Assembly: GCA_001179505.1 (NCBI GenBank)
Contig: CDMY01000770.1
Span: 62,001 to 126,000, forward strand
Reading direction: 5' to 3'
Origin: Vitrella brassicaformis CCMP3155
Lineage: Eukaryota > Protista > Chromerida
DNA length: 64,000 nt
Of this stretch, positions 1 to 11,906 are shown piece by piece. Below the pieces are notes generated by a model that made no database searches, was not told the origin of the DNA, and saw only the letters and a program-made list of their open reading frames with translations. Position 1 is the first letter of the stretch. Each line of letters begins with the position of its first letter. A program made the position numbers and the translations under genes.

Positions 1-533
1 ATGGGCCGGACAGGCGATACATCGTCACACTCGATGCACCCACGTCAGTCAGACACGGCACATGAGACACAAACACACACAGCGACATGGCAAGTGTCTC
101 TTGTGTGTTCAGAGGTCGTCTGTTGCTCAAATCTCAGAACGCCGCCTCCCCAGTCGTCATCGCATCCAACTCCGTCCCACTCACATCCGGGTGAGATTGC
201 CCAACGCCAGCGTCATGTGTGTGATATGATGTGTGTGTCCATGTGCCTCAGTTTGGTGTATGACGTGCAAGTGACTGACAAGTCCATCACGCCGACCACC
301 TCACTCGTGTCGATCAGCATCGACGGCCACACAAAACTGCACAAGGAGATCCCCAAAGACAACACACCAGGCAACCAGACACACTGACACACAGACATTC
401 ATGCAGACAGATAGCTAAGGTGTGTGTGTGCATGTTGCGTGCAGGTGGTGTGGGATTGTTCATCGAGAGGGGTGATGTCGAGTTCAAAAAATTTCATGTC
501 GGCCCGCCCAGCGACACAGAACAATTCGACTGA
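1..533 (+). CDS. 3' end (4 exons) of a gene entering from the left; beta-sandwich, concanavalin-like C-terminus
   Basis: Exons 1-43, 113-191, 252-370 and 445-533 join in frame: GPDRRYIVTLDAPT-GRLLLKSQNAASPVVIASNSVPLTSG-LVYDVQVTDKSITPTTSLVSISIDGHTKLHKEIPKDNTPG-GVGLFIERGDVEFKKFHVGPPSDTEQFD*. The end resembles the GxVGL...V.F.. strand pair of ConA/LamG-like domains. The third intron needs a GC donor. Confidence 0.6.
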
Positions 534-726
534 TCAACGCGTTACACAGACAAACACAGACAGACAGACAGACAGAGAGACAGACACATGGATGTGTACA
601 TGCTGCATGACTCATGGATGACCAAAGTCACCGACAGATTGATATCCGTGTGTCTCGCCTTGTCTTGAGACTTGCATGTATGTCTCTATGAAGACGGTCC
701 GCTACAGCTATCCACCCACATGCGAA

Positions 727-1659
727 TCACTTACTCCTCTTCAGCTCGAATACCTCAATCTCATTTTCATCCAACACAAGCGACTTCAGAAACTCACAGT
801 CACGCCCCCTGCCGGCAGCCGACAAACCATGCGACTTCTTATCAAAGAAAGTGCGTATGGTGGCCTCTGTCGCCACTCGCTTCACCAACACATCAGAGGG
901 GAGGGAGGCGAAGAACTCTCTCTCCTTCTCGCTGTCTCGCCACATGTGGGCGAGGAGACACACAGTCTGGGGCGATAATAGCTCCAGCAATGTCTCTTTG
1001 AGGGGCTCATGAGCATCAGAAAAGGCGAGCACGTCACAGCACAGCAAAACATCGATGCTCCTGGCACCGGACTGCAATAGAACATTTCCCGAGTCGGCCG
1101 TCCCCCACTGCAGGCGCTCCACTTGCGGCATGACGGCGGGCAGCCGGCTGTCTTCGTCTGCTGGGCGCAGCCCAAAGAGAGAGCGGTTGTGCTCGACATT
1201 GGACGACAGGAAAGGAAGCACAGACTCTGAAGGGCACATACAGCACCACTTACAAGAACCCCCACGAGATGAACGACTTACCCTGGTCGGTGAGGACTAC
1301 TCTGGCTCCGAGACAGGCGGCAGTCAGGCCACACAGGCCACAGCCGGCCCTACAAGCAGACACATGAGGCTGACATGCGGCAATGCATGCACGCCTATCC
1401 GGCGACTCCCATCCACCCGAGTTCCACGATTGTTGTCGGGGTCGCAAAACTCATCGTGCCCTCGTGTGCGCACTGCTCGAGGTATCTGAGGATGTTCCGC
1501 CTTTTGATCGACGCATGGCTGTCTGTTTGAGCTTGATCACCTTGATGCGAACCATGCGCATGGCCAGACTTGCTGTCCGACGAGGCCCCATTTGTCTTGA
1601 TGCAGCACAATGGTCGCTGAAGAACGAGGCAGCAGCTCGTAAGTGAAGTCCCGACTCAT
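727..1659 (-). CDS. METTL21/EFM-family protein-lysine methyltransferase (Methyltransf_16-like)
   Basis: Spliced product MSRDFTYELL...GLVGQQVWPCAWFAS...[42 protein letters not shown]...ERLQWG...DVLLCCDVL...HEPLKETL. It shows the family's G..VW, ELGAGCG, TD, L.WG and D(V/I)L motifs. All introns are GT-AG. The start could lie slightly further upstream. Confidence 0.85.
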
Positions 1660-1977
1660 TGTACGTTTGACCTTTGTCCACACTTGCCTGACGTCTGTTC
1701 CATTAGAGAGACGCCCCCACATCGCCCCCATGTATTTCAAGCTCGCGCAGATCTTTCCCCTTTTCTCTTCCCCTCAAACAGACCTCATGCATCAGTGCAT
1801 TTGTCCGATGAAGCGCAATTCCATCAGCATCTGGGATCTCTCCTGGGACGAAGACGAGTTGAAGACGAGGACTGCATCGGTAACGAAAGCCTTAGGCTTC
1901 ACGATGATTCCATGTTGTGATGTTCATGTCCATTTTGCACCATCCATGTTTGCAGGAAGGTGAGTACAGTATCACAC

Positions 1978-2697
1978 ATGGGCGGAGCGGGTAGTCGCCG
2001 TCAAGTGACTCCCCACCCGCAGTTCAAGTGACTCAACAACCCGGGGCCCGTGGTCACCAAATCGCTCGATGTGCCCTCCGGTAAGGGGATGATCAATGCA
2101 TTGAGCTGCACCGTGTACGCGTATCTGGTCAATGACATGCAGCCACAGCCTCGTCAGCCCTTGTGCCCGTCGCCGTTTCAGCGCCCCCGTCACAGGCAGG
2201 AGCTAATTGCCTGTGACGGGAGGCAATCCGATGTATTGATGGATGTCAGACCGACATCTTCGAGGCCGGGGAGGCCGGCGATCCTGAGTTGGTCCGGGCA
2301 ATTCTCGACACAAGTGACGACGAGCGCATCCTCGACGGGCGAGACGGAGACGGATTCACACCCTTCATTCTACCATGGCCATGTCGCTCTAATGTCCCTC
2401 ATGAGTGAGCGAGACCACCAAGGTACATCAATATCGATGGTGTTGGTGGTGGGGAGATGTCGTGGCTGTCTGATGGAATGCAGGGCCGCGTGACAGCAAT
2501 GCACTGGGCCGCCAGGGGGGGGCATGTTGCGGCCGTCAACCAGCTGCTCAAGTGGGATCCCCATTTGTGGGGTGCACACAGCGAGGTAACAGAACAAACA
2601 CATGTCGCTGTGTGGGTTCCCTCCTGTGTTTGTGTGTTACTTTCAGAATCGCCGCACACCATTCATGCTGGCTGCCGCGTATGGTCATGTATGAAAG
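1978..2697 (+). pseudogene. Ankyrin-repeat pseudogene
   Basis: Exons give DIFEAGEAGDPELVRAIL...DGDGFTPFI/[frameshift]YHGHVALM, ETTK-GRVTAMHWAARGGHVAAVNQLL and NRRTPFMLAAAYGHV*. In-frame TGA codons occur at 2029-2031 and 2692-2694, with two frameshifts near 2370 and 2405. Confidence 0.7.
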
Positions 2698-3520
2698 GTG
2701 GGTTGGTTGGTTGATCGGGACACACATAAGTGTCGCTGCAATCAATGGGTGGGATGCCCCTCACAATCCATCCATCCCTTCTGTGCCTCTGTGTGGCCGT
2801 GAATGCGAGCGAACCAACCACGGAATCGACACCAGGCGCGTCGCTCGCAACGCAGCATGCATAATTCACTCACTCGGCTGTACGTCTGTTGTTGTTTTTG
2901 AGGTCCAGCTCATATGCATCCATCTCACGTGGACTGATCGATCATGCAAATGAGGCACAAAGAAGCACCACCAACCGTCCGTACGTGCAGGCAATTCAAA
3001 ACGACTGCACTCATGCACAGTCATGTGCGTGCGTACATGTGTACGTGTCATCGATCAGGTCCTGAATGGGTTGGGACACGCGTCTTTCTTCTTGTCGACC
3101 AGCCTCTTGTCCTCGTCTCTGATCTTAAAATAATCCCAGTTCCCTTTGTGACGCACGTGCCACTCACGCATCTTGTCCAGATAGATCCCAAGCCCTCGCA
3201 GCTGACACACACACACACACACACACATCCAACATGCATGGATCTCGTATTTCCCCTCTACCCGCTTCTGTCTGTCCGACCTTAGCAGCGATTTCGATTT
3301 CTTCCGAGTCGACAAGGTCGATTGCGTCAGGGACGAAGTCAGGGTCGTCCTCATCTCCTGCTGCCGCCATCTGCTGTGCCCTGTAGTGCAGCTGGCCCTG
3401 CTCGAGTGCTGTGATGTCACGGCTCACACAATACTCCACCATGTCGTCCTTGTCGTATTGCTGGTCGATCGATTAATCAACCACCCATCAGTGCACATAC
3501 ACACATGGGTACAGCGTCTG
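2685..3520. repeat. Segmental duplication, copy A (copy B at about 10010-10905)
   Basis: Long near-identical blocks occur at both loci, e.g. tgaaaggtgggtt...cataagtgtcgctgca...gggatgcccctcacaatccatcc and gtgtcatcgatcaggtcctgaatgggttgggacacgcgtc...ccacccatcagtgcacatacac. Similarity breaks down after about 3520/10905. Confidence 0.9.
3055..3460 (-). pseudogene. Truncated duplicate: last two exons of the 10435-11773 gene
   Basis: Encodes QYDKDDMVEYCVSRD...EIEIAAK and LRGLGIYLDKMREWHVRHKGNWDYFKIRDEDKRLVDKKKDACPNPFRT*. The upstream exons of the intact copy are absent here. Confidence 0.75.
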
Positions 3521-3922
3521 GCAATGCGTTTGTGTCGATGTTGTGGATTGTGTTTGGGCGGCATAGTGTTTGTAGTTGTGTTTGAGCTGCTAGTAGTGTA
3601 TGTGGTGATGTATGATCAGCCAGTTCATCCGTGTCCAGTTCGTCGCATGCTGCTATCAGTCATGCACTAGAGTGCACTTGCGCTTTTGTGATACGTGGAA
3701 TGTCACCCATCTGTCTGTTTCTTCCATGACGTGTTGGTCTCAAACAAAGACACAAGCCCGATTATGGGCGTCCTCCTTTCCCTTGGCACGTAACCTGTGT
3801 CAAACACCAACCCCAAAGTCGACGAGTGAGGGATGACACACAGCACGCAGCACGAACCGACACGACGCAACGACACTAACTACCCGCCTTCGAAAAATGT
3901 TCACACACCCACGGCAAAGGCA

Positions 3923-4140
3923 TCAGCATTGGAGGCAGTCGAAAAGGCAATCCTCTATGTCATCGGGGTCGTCGAATTCGTCATCGCACTCCGAACAACA
4001 GATCTGCAGATAGACAACAGACCACAGATGAGTACGAGACTTCGTCGTGTACACATCTCACTCACGAGTTGTCCCGAAACAGGGAACGAATGACTCAGGA
4101 ACACAGCCAGGACCACGCTGACAAACCACAGGAACCTCAT
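3923..4140 (-). CDS. Small secreted six-cysteine acidic peptide (module 1 peptide), 51 aa
   Basis: Exon 4140-4066, a gtgagt...ctgcag intron (4065-4004) and exon 4003-3923 give MRFLWFVSVVLAVFLSHSFPVSGQL-ICCSECDDEFDDPDDIEDCLFDCLQC*. It has a hydrophobic signal peptide and a CC-x2-C-x12-C-x3-C-x2-C core. Confidence 0.8.
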
Positions 4141-4239
4141 CCTGTCGCGTGCACCTCAGCCCACTGTACGAACGTAAAGTTCGCTGCCGGCCGTTACGGC
4201 CGCTAAGTGGTTCCCAGTCGCCGAGTCTGTACTTTCTCT
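4141..4239. promoter_or_regulatory. Putative bidirectional promoter, module 1
   Basis: 99 bp between divergent ATGs. Contains GTAC (4166), GTAAA (4174) and CGTTACGG (4192), matching the other two modules. Confidence 0.55.
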
Positions 4240-7200
4240 ATGCTGCTTGGAGGTTGGTTCATTGTGGTGATCATCCTTCTGAGTCAATGGGAGAGGCGCC
4301 AGGGTGCTGTGGCTCAGTTCACGACCGCCTGTCTGAGCAACAACACGAGAGAGACCGACGACGGACAGTCAACCAACACAAACGCAGACTGCCAGGCGGG
4401 TAAGGACAACAGAGGCGCACTCAACAAACAGTTGGCTGTGAATGGCCTCGCTTACTTCAGCCGTGGACCCTGACGGTGAGATATTTTCGAGTTGTGCGGA
4501 CAATCCGCTGCTGCCCATCCTCGATGACCCCGACCTGGGCAACTTCGGCCAGTGCTTCTATGAGGAGAACGCCCAGGAAAAGCTCAAGGAGCAACAGACA
4601 GATGCGCTGAACGATGAGGACTCGGATACTTTCGGCACTGTCACTGCGACTGGGGGCAACCAGAGCCAGTTGTGCGGCGAGCCGAGCGGCGTCGATCGCA
4701 CAGACGTCACTGATGTGGGAACTGCGGCGCTCGGAGGGTGCGCACTGAATAATTCTGTGGTTACGGCACGATCGGAATGTGTGATGCTGTCTGTCAGTTG
4801 CCCATCGGACAAGATATGTGCGCGCACGAGCGACTCCCGCTTCTGCTACTGCATCGAGGAGCCCATTGGTCTGTTCGGCGAGGTGGCAGAAGTCTCGCGC
4901 GGCGATGTCAGCTTGACGAGGGGCGTCGTCAGCGGCCAGCCATCGTCTCTGTGTTTCCCGGCCGAGCTGGATCCTTGCTTCAATGTCGTCAACCGCTTCG
5001 CTGTGCCCTTCGACTGTGCGGACAGCCTGCCCGTTGTGGACAGAAGGGGAGAGGAGGGGCCTAATGCTGCACAGCAGAGCGTGTTTCCGTTCGCCCCGCC
5101 TCCGGTGCCGCAAGAGTCGACATTCGCGCAGATTGTGCCGGGGACCTATCTGTTTGAAGACGTACACTCCAATGCCTACCTGCCGACCATCGACAACATC
5201 GGCGAAGATGTGTCGAGCTGTATGAGGATCCAGGGCAAGAGTGACGATGATAGCGGGCTTGATGGCTTCTTTCTGGACTTGTCGTGCAATACGACAGCGG
5301 GCGTCAGCTCCACTCTTCAATTTACCTGCCCCGAGACCGGCCTCTGCTCCCAACGCGAAGAGAGGGAGCTGCAACCGGCAGTCGCCACCATTCAGGGCGT
5401 CATGCGCGTAGAGAATGCCAGCAATCCGGCATGTAAGGGAGTGGAGGCGCAGATCGAGGTCACATTGACGGGCTTTGTGGATGAGTCGGAGTCCCTCATT
5501 GCGCAGCAGTTTCACTACGACGAGCCGCAGCGGATTCTGATCATCGGAAACGACGAACAAAGCGATCTGGTCATCGCACGGGTTATCGCTATACTATCCC
5601 CCGCGGCTCACACACCTCTCGGCCTCTTGACCTTCCCCGATGACGTTCCTGAGGAATGTGATGTTCTGCTCAACGAGCGGATCTTTACGGTGACATCGGG
5701 CGAGACAGAGGCGGGCGGCATCCTTGCGCTGGCTGTCTCGGGCTACGGAAGGGATGTATCGACCAGGGGCACCATCTCAAAGGTATGCGGGATGGGCGGC
5801 GGACACCAGTACATTAGTATGTGTCTCGTTTGCCTTTACGTATCATCATCAGAAACCGTTGGAGGCCAGCGACTTCGCTTTTGACAACCAAGAGGCGTTC
5901 TGGAACTGCAGTGAGATCTGCCGGAATGCGACGGAAGAGAACACGCAAGACAGGGAAATGGGAACTGCATCAAGTGAGCAAACGGGCCTGGCGGCACCGA
6001 TCCCCATTATTCTGGGCGAAGATCTCAGCCGTGCGCTAGTTGGGGAAGTTCTTCCTACGATCTTGTTTCCCATCTATAATCCTGATGAGTCTCCACAAAT
6101 GTCGTTCAGCAGTGCTTTGATCGGGGACAGGCGGTTTGTCGTAACAAGCTTTGACGTAACGTGCTTGGACAACACGGACGCCGGCATCAAGTTCAGCAAC
6201 TCGTCGGAGGTGCGTCCGCACACTGTCTCTGTGCTGTGTACGAAGCCTCCCGACGAGGAGCGGCCGTCCCAGGAGAGAGGACCCAGATCATTCGAACTCT
6301 ACAACGCGGAGACGGGAGTGCAGCTCGATCTGATCCTGAAAGGGCAGCTGGGGCCGCTGGTCGACGGCAGAGAAGGTACACAGCGATGGACGTATCAGTC
6401 AGGCAGGGGATGACGATATATTCTTTGTTGTGCGTGTCTGGATCAGCGTTGACAAATTGCCGCGGATTCAGGCTGCAGGACCTCCCTGTTGGTGCGAACC
6501 CTGGTATTAGCTTTCGCTACGAGATAACCAACGCTAGTTTCCTTGGTGAATACGTGGGTATTGCTGTCCCGCCGGGCGATTCGCCTGAAGAAGGAGTCCT
6601 TGGAGGCGACCTATGTGTGGGTGCTCGGGTAAGAGGAAGACACAGCTGTGCGGATCGAGAGGCGGGCGAGCACAGCTTCAGCATCTCCATCCAAGTGCTG
6701 CGATCCAAGGATGATGACATGGAATCCAACTGCAGAGACAGAATTATTGCCCACTTTAATGAGACGGATGGCCTCCCAGAGAATGAAGAAGTCATCTGGG
6801 ATGAGTACTGTGAAATCAGATATGAATGCTGTAAGCAAGCCATCAGAATGGTCCCGCAGATCACTGCCATGTATTATGCCCTTGTGAGCTATCTCAGTTG
6901 AGGCGTGTCCTGAAGTGGCTCTGAATGCCTCACCTACCGCTCAGCCATCAAGTTATCGCATGATGGACGCAAGTGAAGGCTTTTGCATTAAGCTAGTCAA
7001 CGGCACGACAAACGCGGAGGAGTCCTTTGAAGCCCGGTTCAGCTGTGAAGGCGAAGGGACTGATAATGTTGCAGCTGGTTTGCGACTGGGAATCAGATAT
7101 GATGTGGAGGAGCTGGATGGACGAGTCGTGCCCTTCGACCGTTCCACGGGGAAGCCTCTGGAGCCGGCTGGCTTTGCCAATGTGGACTTCAAGGGCACAG

Positions 7201-8367
7201 TGAGACAGCTGTCTCCAGAGGAATGCGCTGGGACCCTGATGTTTGTCGAGGGTACATGTACACTCATACACACCGATGCACACACGCACACACACATCGA
7301 GAGAGAGGGAGAAAGATGCCTGCTTCTTTTGTGTTGTCCTGCAGGCACTCTAGTTGGCGCCTTGAGCTTTGATACTGTTGGCTCTGAGACTCTCGAAGAC
7401 CCTCTAGAAGAAAGATACCTCCCTGTCATCCAGCGGTCACGGATCCGGCTTGTGCCTGAGCTTTATATCACAAGTAGTGCATCCTTGGGAACTATGGACT
7501 ACACCATCATCTCTACCCCTACTGACAGGAAAGAGTGCTTCGACGTCACAGATAGGCTGACCTATAAGAAGGAGGCTACGATTGACGTTCAGCAGCCAGA
7601 TGGCACCGTCAAGGAGGAAACAATTGTCTTTCTAGCCCCCCAGCTGGATGTTCGGGATTCGGAAGAAGACAGCAATACGACCGAAGCGTTTGCTGAGTTC
7701 AGAGTCTACGATGAGAAGGATGTAAGGAGTGGAGGTTTTATTACAGAGATGGCAGGGCTGCTGCGTCAAGTCTGCGGGATCGAGGAAAGAGGTGCGACAA
7801 CTCACTGATATGCGCGCAGACTTCGTTGCTTCTTCTTGCTTTTTTACTCAGGCTCGACTGCCGTCCAGATTCAATGTCTCGCTCACAAGCCTTTCAGGCT
7901 TTTCGCCAATGAGACAGACATCGAGTTAGGGGAGAGCGAGCTGAAGTAAGCACACGACGAGAGAGGAGACCCACATGGCTTGACTTGTCGCTCTGCGTTT
8001 TTTCCCTTTTCAAGTTCCATCGCCCGAGTGCAGAGAAACGGGAGCGATCCCGACGATTTGACGCTCCAGACGCTAGCAAACTTTACCATCAGCTGCTCGT
8101 GTAACGACGTCGAGCGCATCAAGAAGGAGACCAATGGCGGGGATGGGTTCATTGTGCGGGCCATCCCTTTGTTTGTTGACATCGGCGCGAACGTTGATGG
8201 AGACAAAGTGCAGCAGCTGTGCCCCGTTCTCACCGTTTGCGGTGCGCTGATCAACTTTTTCAGAACGATAAAGAGATGGCTCTCGCGATCAACTTCGTTT
8301 TCCTTCAGATCCGCCGTCTCCTGGACACTGCGACGAGAATGACCAGGAGACGTCATCTCGTCCATGA
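4240..8367 (+). CDS. Large secreted Cys-containing beta-rich protein of unknown family, paralog 1 (10 exons, about 1,150 aa)
   Basis: Signal exon MLLGGWFIVVIILLSQWERRQGAVAQFTTACL. The GT-AG exons join in frame through LLPILDDPDLGNFGQC, CPSDKICARTSDSRFCYC, KPLEASDF, LTNCRG, EACPEV, GTLVGALSFD and SIARVQ to DPPSPGHCDENDQETSSRP*. No C-terminal TM segment. Confidence 0.85.
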
Positions 8368-8637
8368 CTGAGACCTACGGCGCGGCAAAATAGAGCTGGG
8401 AGACACCTTTCGCATGGGATGAAGGGACGGAGATTTTCCATTCTCTATAATCACATTCTCTGCGGCAAGTAATCGTCAGCCACACACGCATGTGTGACCT
8501 GCGACAAGGTACGCAGCAAAGAGACACAAAGGGTGCTCTTGCCGCCTAATTCATTGGACGAAAAGGATTCCTTTCTCGTGTGTGTCCATATACTCAGTTG
8601 CCATTCGCCATGTGTGCAGACGAAGACAGCAGTGGCG

Positions 8638-9415
8638 TAATCGACGTGTGAGCGGCTGTGAAGCACGTCAACAGATAGATACACATCTGATAGGAGGATA
8701 TCCGGATATCCATTTATGGCGTTCCTTCTGAACCTCGCTTCAAGTCAACTACCCCTCTCCGCCACCCTTCCCTCTTCCCCATCTTCACGCCTGTGAGCTT
8801 CCCCGACAGCGTGTCCGCGTTTGCCGGCGTGGTGCCCTGCGAGATCTTGCTGATGGTGCATCGGCGAGAGTCCTGCAGGCCACTACCCGACGGACGTCCC
8901 TTCTCCCTTTCGTCAATAGTCCGCTGAAGCACGAGGTGGACTGCCTTGGCAAGGGGGTTTGTCGCCGTGTCTGCTGGCAAACGCCGGGAGGGCGGTGACA
9001 CGAGCATCCGGTTGATGGTGTCATAACCTTCTCTATGTTTCTCTGTTTCTTTCTGTCATGGCATGGTTGACTGGATGTCTGTGATTGGCTGGCAGTGTTC
9101 TCGTCTGGGTTCTTTCGTGTGATGTGACCATCCACCCTAATCCACCCCCTCCCCCTTTCCCCCACCCCCTGTCCACCCTGAGTGCCTGGTACGTACGGTT
9201 CGTCTGTGTGATATGGGTCAGTTTGGGTGAGATTTTTCACGATTTCTCTTCGATGTTGTGCCTTGGTCTGCTCCCCCTCCCTGCCTGTCACCGCATATCT
9301 CTACAGTGCCTCGTACGCCAAAAGGCGACCGTTAACGCACAGACTTCCTTTCGTGCAGCCTTTGACTTAATCGACGTGTGAGCGGCTGTGAAGCACGTCA
9401 ACAGATAGATACACA
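8638..9415. repeat. Pair of identical 48-bp direct repeats (8638-8685 and 9368-9415)
   Basis: taatcgacgtgtgagcggctgtgaagcacgtcaacagatagatacaca occurs twice, 730 bp apart. Confidence 0.9.
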
Positions 9416-10009
9416 CGTATTTGTCCTGTAATTTGTCGGTAATTGCATGCATCTATGTGTCGGTAGGTCGAGACCGCAGTCTGCTGTGATGCGCCTCGCC
9501 ACCTGTGGATAGATAGGGTAGTGCGCGAGAGACGATGGCCAATGAGACACGCGCTCGTCCATTCGGCCATCGATATACACATGCGGATACATATGGCGGC
9601 GGAAGCACAGATGTATGGCTGCCTGTGAATCGGTTGCTGTTCGACCAGCAAAAATACACACGTGTGGACGTCCTGTGTATGCACGTCTGGACGTAGATAC
9701 CCCTTTCAGTGAATGAATGCATCTCATTCCGCACCATCCACAGACATGCATGTGTCCAATTGACCGTCAAACACACACATTTATGCACGTCTGCGGTGCG
9801 TGTGCATGATATTCACTGTCACTCTATCTCTGTCTTGATGCTATACATTGTAGAGTGATGCCGCAGCGGCAGGCCGAGAGCGAGACAGAGACACATGCGA
9901 ATAGACTGATGCCCGCATCAGCAAGAGACAGACAGACACACACACACACGCACCACGTCACCAATGCTGTCTGGCTGTGGTGCCGACAGATACTGTATAT
10001 TCATGTACA

Positions 10010-10905
10010 TGTGTCTGAAAGGTGGGTTCGTTGGTTGATCGGGACTTGATCGGGACAAACATAAGTGTCGCTGCAGTCAATGGGTGGGATGCCCCTCACA
10101 ATCCATCCATCTTTTTTGTGTCTCTGTGTGGCCGTGAATGCGCGCAAACGTACCAACAAATCGATATCAGGCGCGTCAGCATAATTCACTCACTCAGCTG
10201 TACGTGTGTTGCTGTCTAGATCTATGCTTGTGCACTTGTTGACGGTCAGCTCATCCATGGCCATCTCACTGGTCGATCATGAGACACGAAGAAGCACCAC
10301 CAAAAGTCCGTACGTGCAGGCAAGTCACAACTCACGTACACACATGTACGTACACAATGTGTAGATCGATCGACGCATGATGGATATGTAGAATGATGCA
10401 TCATGTACGTGCGTACATGTGTACGTGTCATCGATCAGGTCCTGAATGGGTTGGGACACGCGTCTTTCTTCTTGTCGACCAGCCTCTTGTCCTGGTCTTT
10501 GCCCTCAAAATAATCCCAGTTCCCTTTGTGACGCACGTGCCACTCACGCATCTTGTCCAGATAGATCCCAAGCCCTCGCAGCTGACACACACACACACAC
10601 ACACACGCACACACACAGAAACATCCAACATGCATGGATCTCGTATTTCCCCTCTACCCGCTTCTGTCTGTCCGACCTTAGCAGCGATTTCGATTTCTTC
10701 CGAGTCGACGAGGTCGATTGCGTCAGGGACGAAGTCAGGGTCGTCCTCATCTCCTGCCGCCGCCATCTGCTGTGCCCTGTAGTGCAACTGGCCCTGCTCG
10801 AGTGCTGTGATGTCACGGCTCACACAATACTCCACCATGTCGTCCTTGTCGTATTGCTGGTCGATCGATCAATCAACCACCCATCAGTGCACATACACCC
10901 ATATG
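10010..10905. repeat. Segmental duplication, copy B (copy A at about 2685-3520)
   Basis: Shares long blocks with 2685-3520, including the last two exons and the 3' flank of the 10435-11773 gene. Confidence 0.9.
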
Positions 10906-11773
10906 GCTGCAACGTCTGTCAATGTATGTGTGTAGGCTGGACGGATGTGTACCTTGAAGTAGAGTGCGCCTGTCCCGGCAGCCTCGAGCGATGCATACCG
11001 ATAAAGGGTGAAGAACATGGGCGTCAGGACCAACAACTGCACGCAACCAACACATCAACCGACCAACCACACACAGAGCGACGTCATACGTGGAATGGCT
11101 CACCCGTGCAGGTATGACAGTGTGGGCCCCTTCGGGCACTCTCCACGCGAGGAATGGCAGCAGGGCGCAGTTCATGGCGAGCCACCCGAACATTCCCTTG
11201 GTGTAGGTCGCACGCACCAGCGGACACACACGGTACAGATACGCCTGCACCAGCCGCTGCGGCGTGTCGCTGCCGTGGTACACTCGCACAAACGGACGAT
11301 GCTGCAGCGAAAGAAAACACGCAGACAGACAACTCATCCGTTCGTCCATCCATCCATCCGTCCATTGCACCGCCCTCCCTCCCTCGTGTTACGCTTGGGT
11401 CTGCAGCCGTGTACTGTGATTTTGCGCATGCGAGGTTCCTGAATGTCAGCTCGTGCGGGCTGGTCGTGGACAAGGCGGGATCGACGAGGTAGCGCTTCAG
11501 GTAGTCCTTAAAGACGTCACGGTCCTCTCTCGGGTAGAAGTACTCGTTGTATCTCCTCTCGCCCTCCTGCAGAAGCCGCCGCACCGAGCTGTCCTCCTCG
11601 ATGATGTTGTTGCGCACGGAAAAGAGCACCGGCACCTTGGCGAACTCGGGCAGACGGATGAAGTACAGATCTGCAGACAACGGCATACAACAAAGTGAAT
11701 CAATCAAATGGATAAATGAATCAATGAATGCATCGCCTCTTCGCGCGTGTGTTTGCTCACTGCATAGTGCCAT
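10435..11773 (-). CDS. Hypothetical membrane protein (6 exons, about 300 aa)
   Basis: MALC-NLYFIRLPEFAKVPVLF...TAADPS-HRPFVRVYHG...GMFGWLAMNCALLPFLAW...PAR-LLVLTPMFFTLYRYASLEAAGTGALYFK-QYDKDD...AAK-LRGLG...NPFRT*. All splice phases are compatible and there are two hydrophobic segments. No family recognised. Confidence 0.75.
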
Positions 11774-11906
11774 TTCACTCCAACTATTGCGAGCTCAGAT
11801 GTGCGGAGCTTGGTTCGGCGAATCCGAAACAAACGTGGACGTGACCAATTGGACGTGACGGACAGCAACGTGCATCAGATTGTGAGATTTCTGTGTTGGT
11901 TGAAGC
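11774..11906. promoter_or_regulatory. Putative bidirectional promoter
   Basis: 133 bp between divergent ATGs. Contains a tandem GGACGTGAC flanking a CCAATTGG palindrome (about 11837-11858). Confidence 0.4.

Noticed and set aside
4457-5560. 367-aa minus-strand ORF and similar long antisense ORFs (e.g. 15744-16247, 28652-29563, 60181-61050)
   Set aside because: These are shadow ORFs opposite well-supported coding exons in GC-rich DNA. They have no motifs, and the frame is not kept between paralogs.
8714-9291. Minus-strand ORFs between the 48-bp repeats as a transposon gene
   Set aside because: The ORFs are frameshifted relative to each other and show no RT, integrase, transposase or gag motif.
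8638-9415. CRISPR array
   Set aside because: There are only two repeats, 730 bp apart, in a eukaryotic context with no cas genes.
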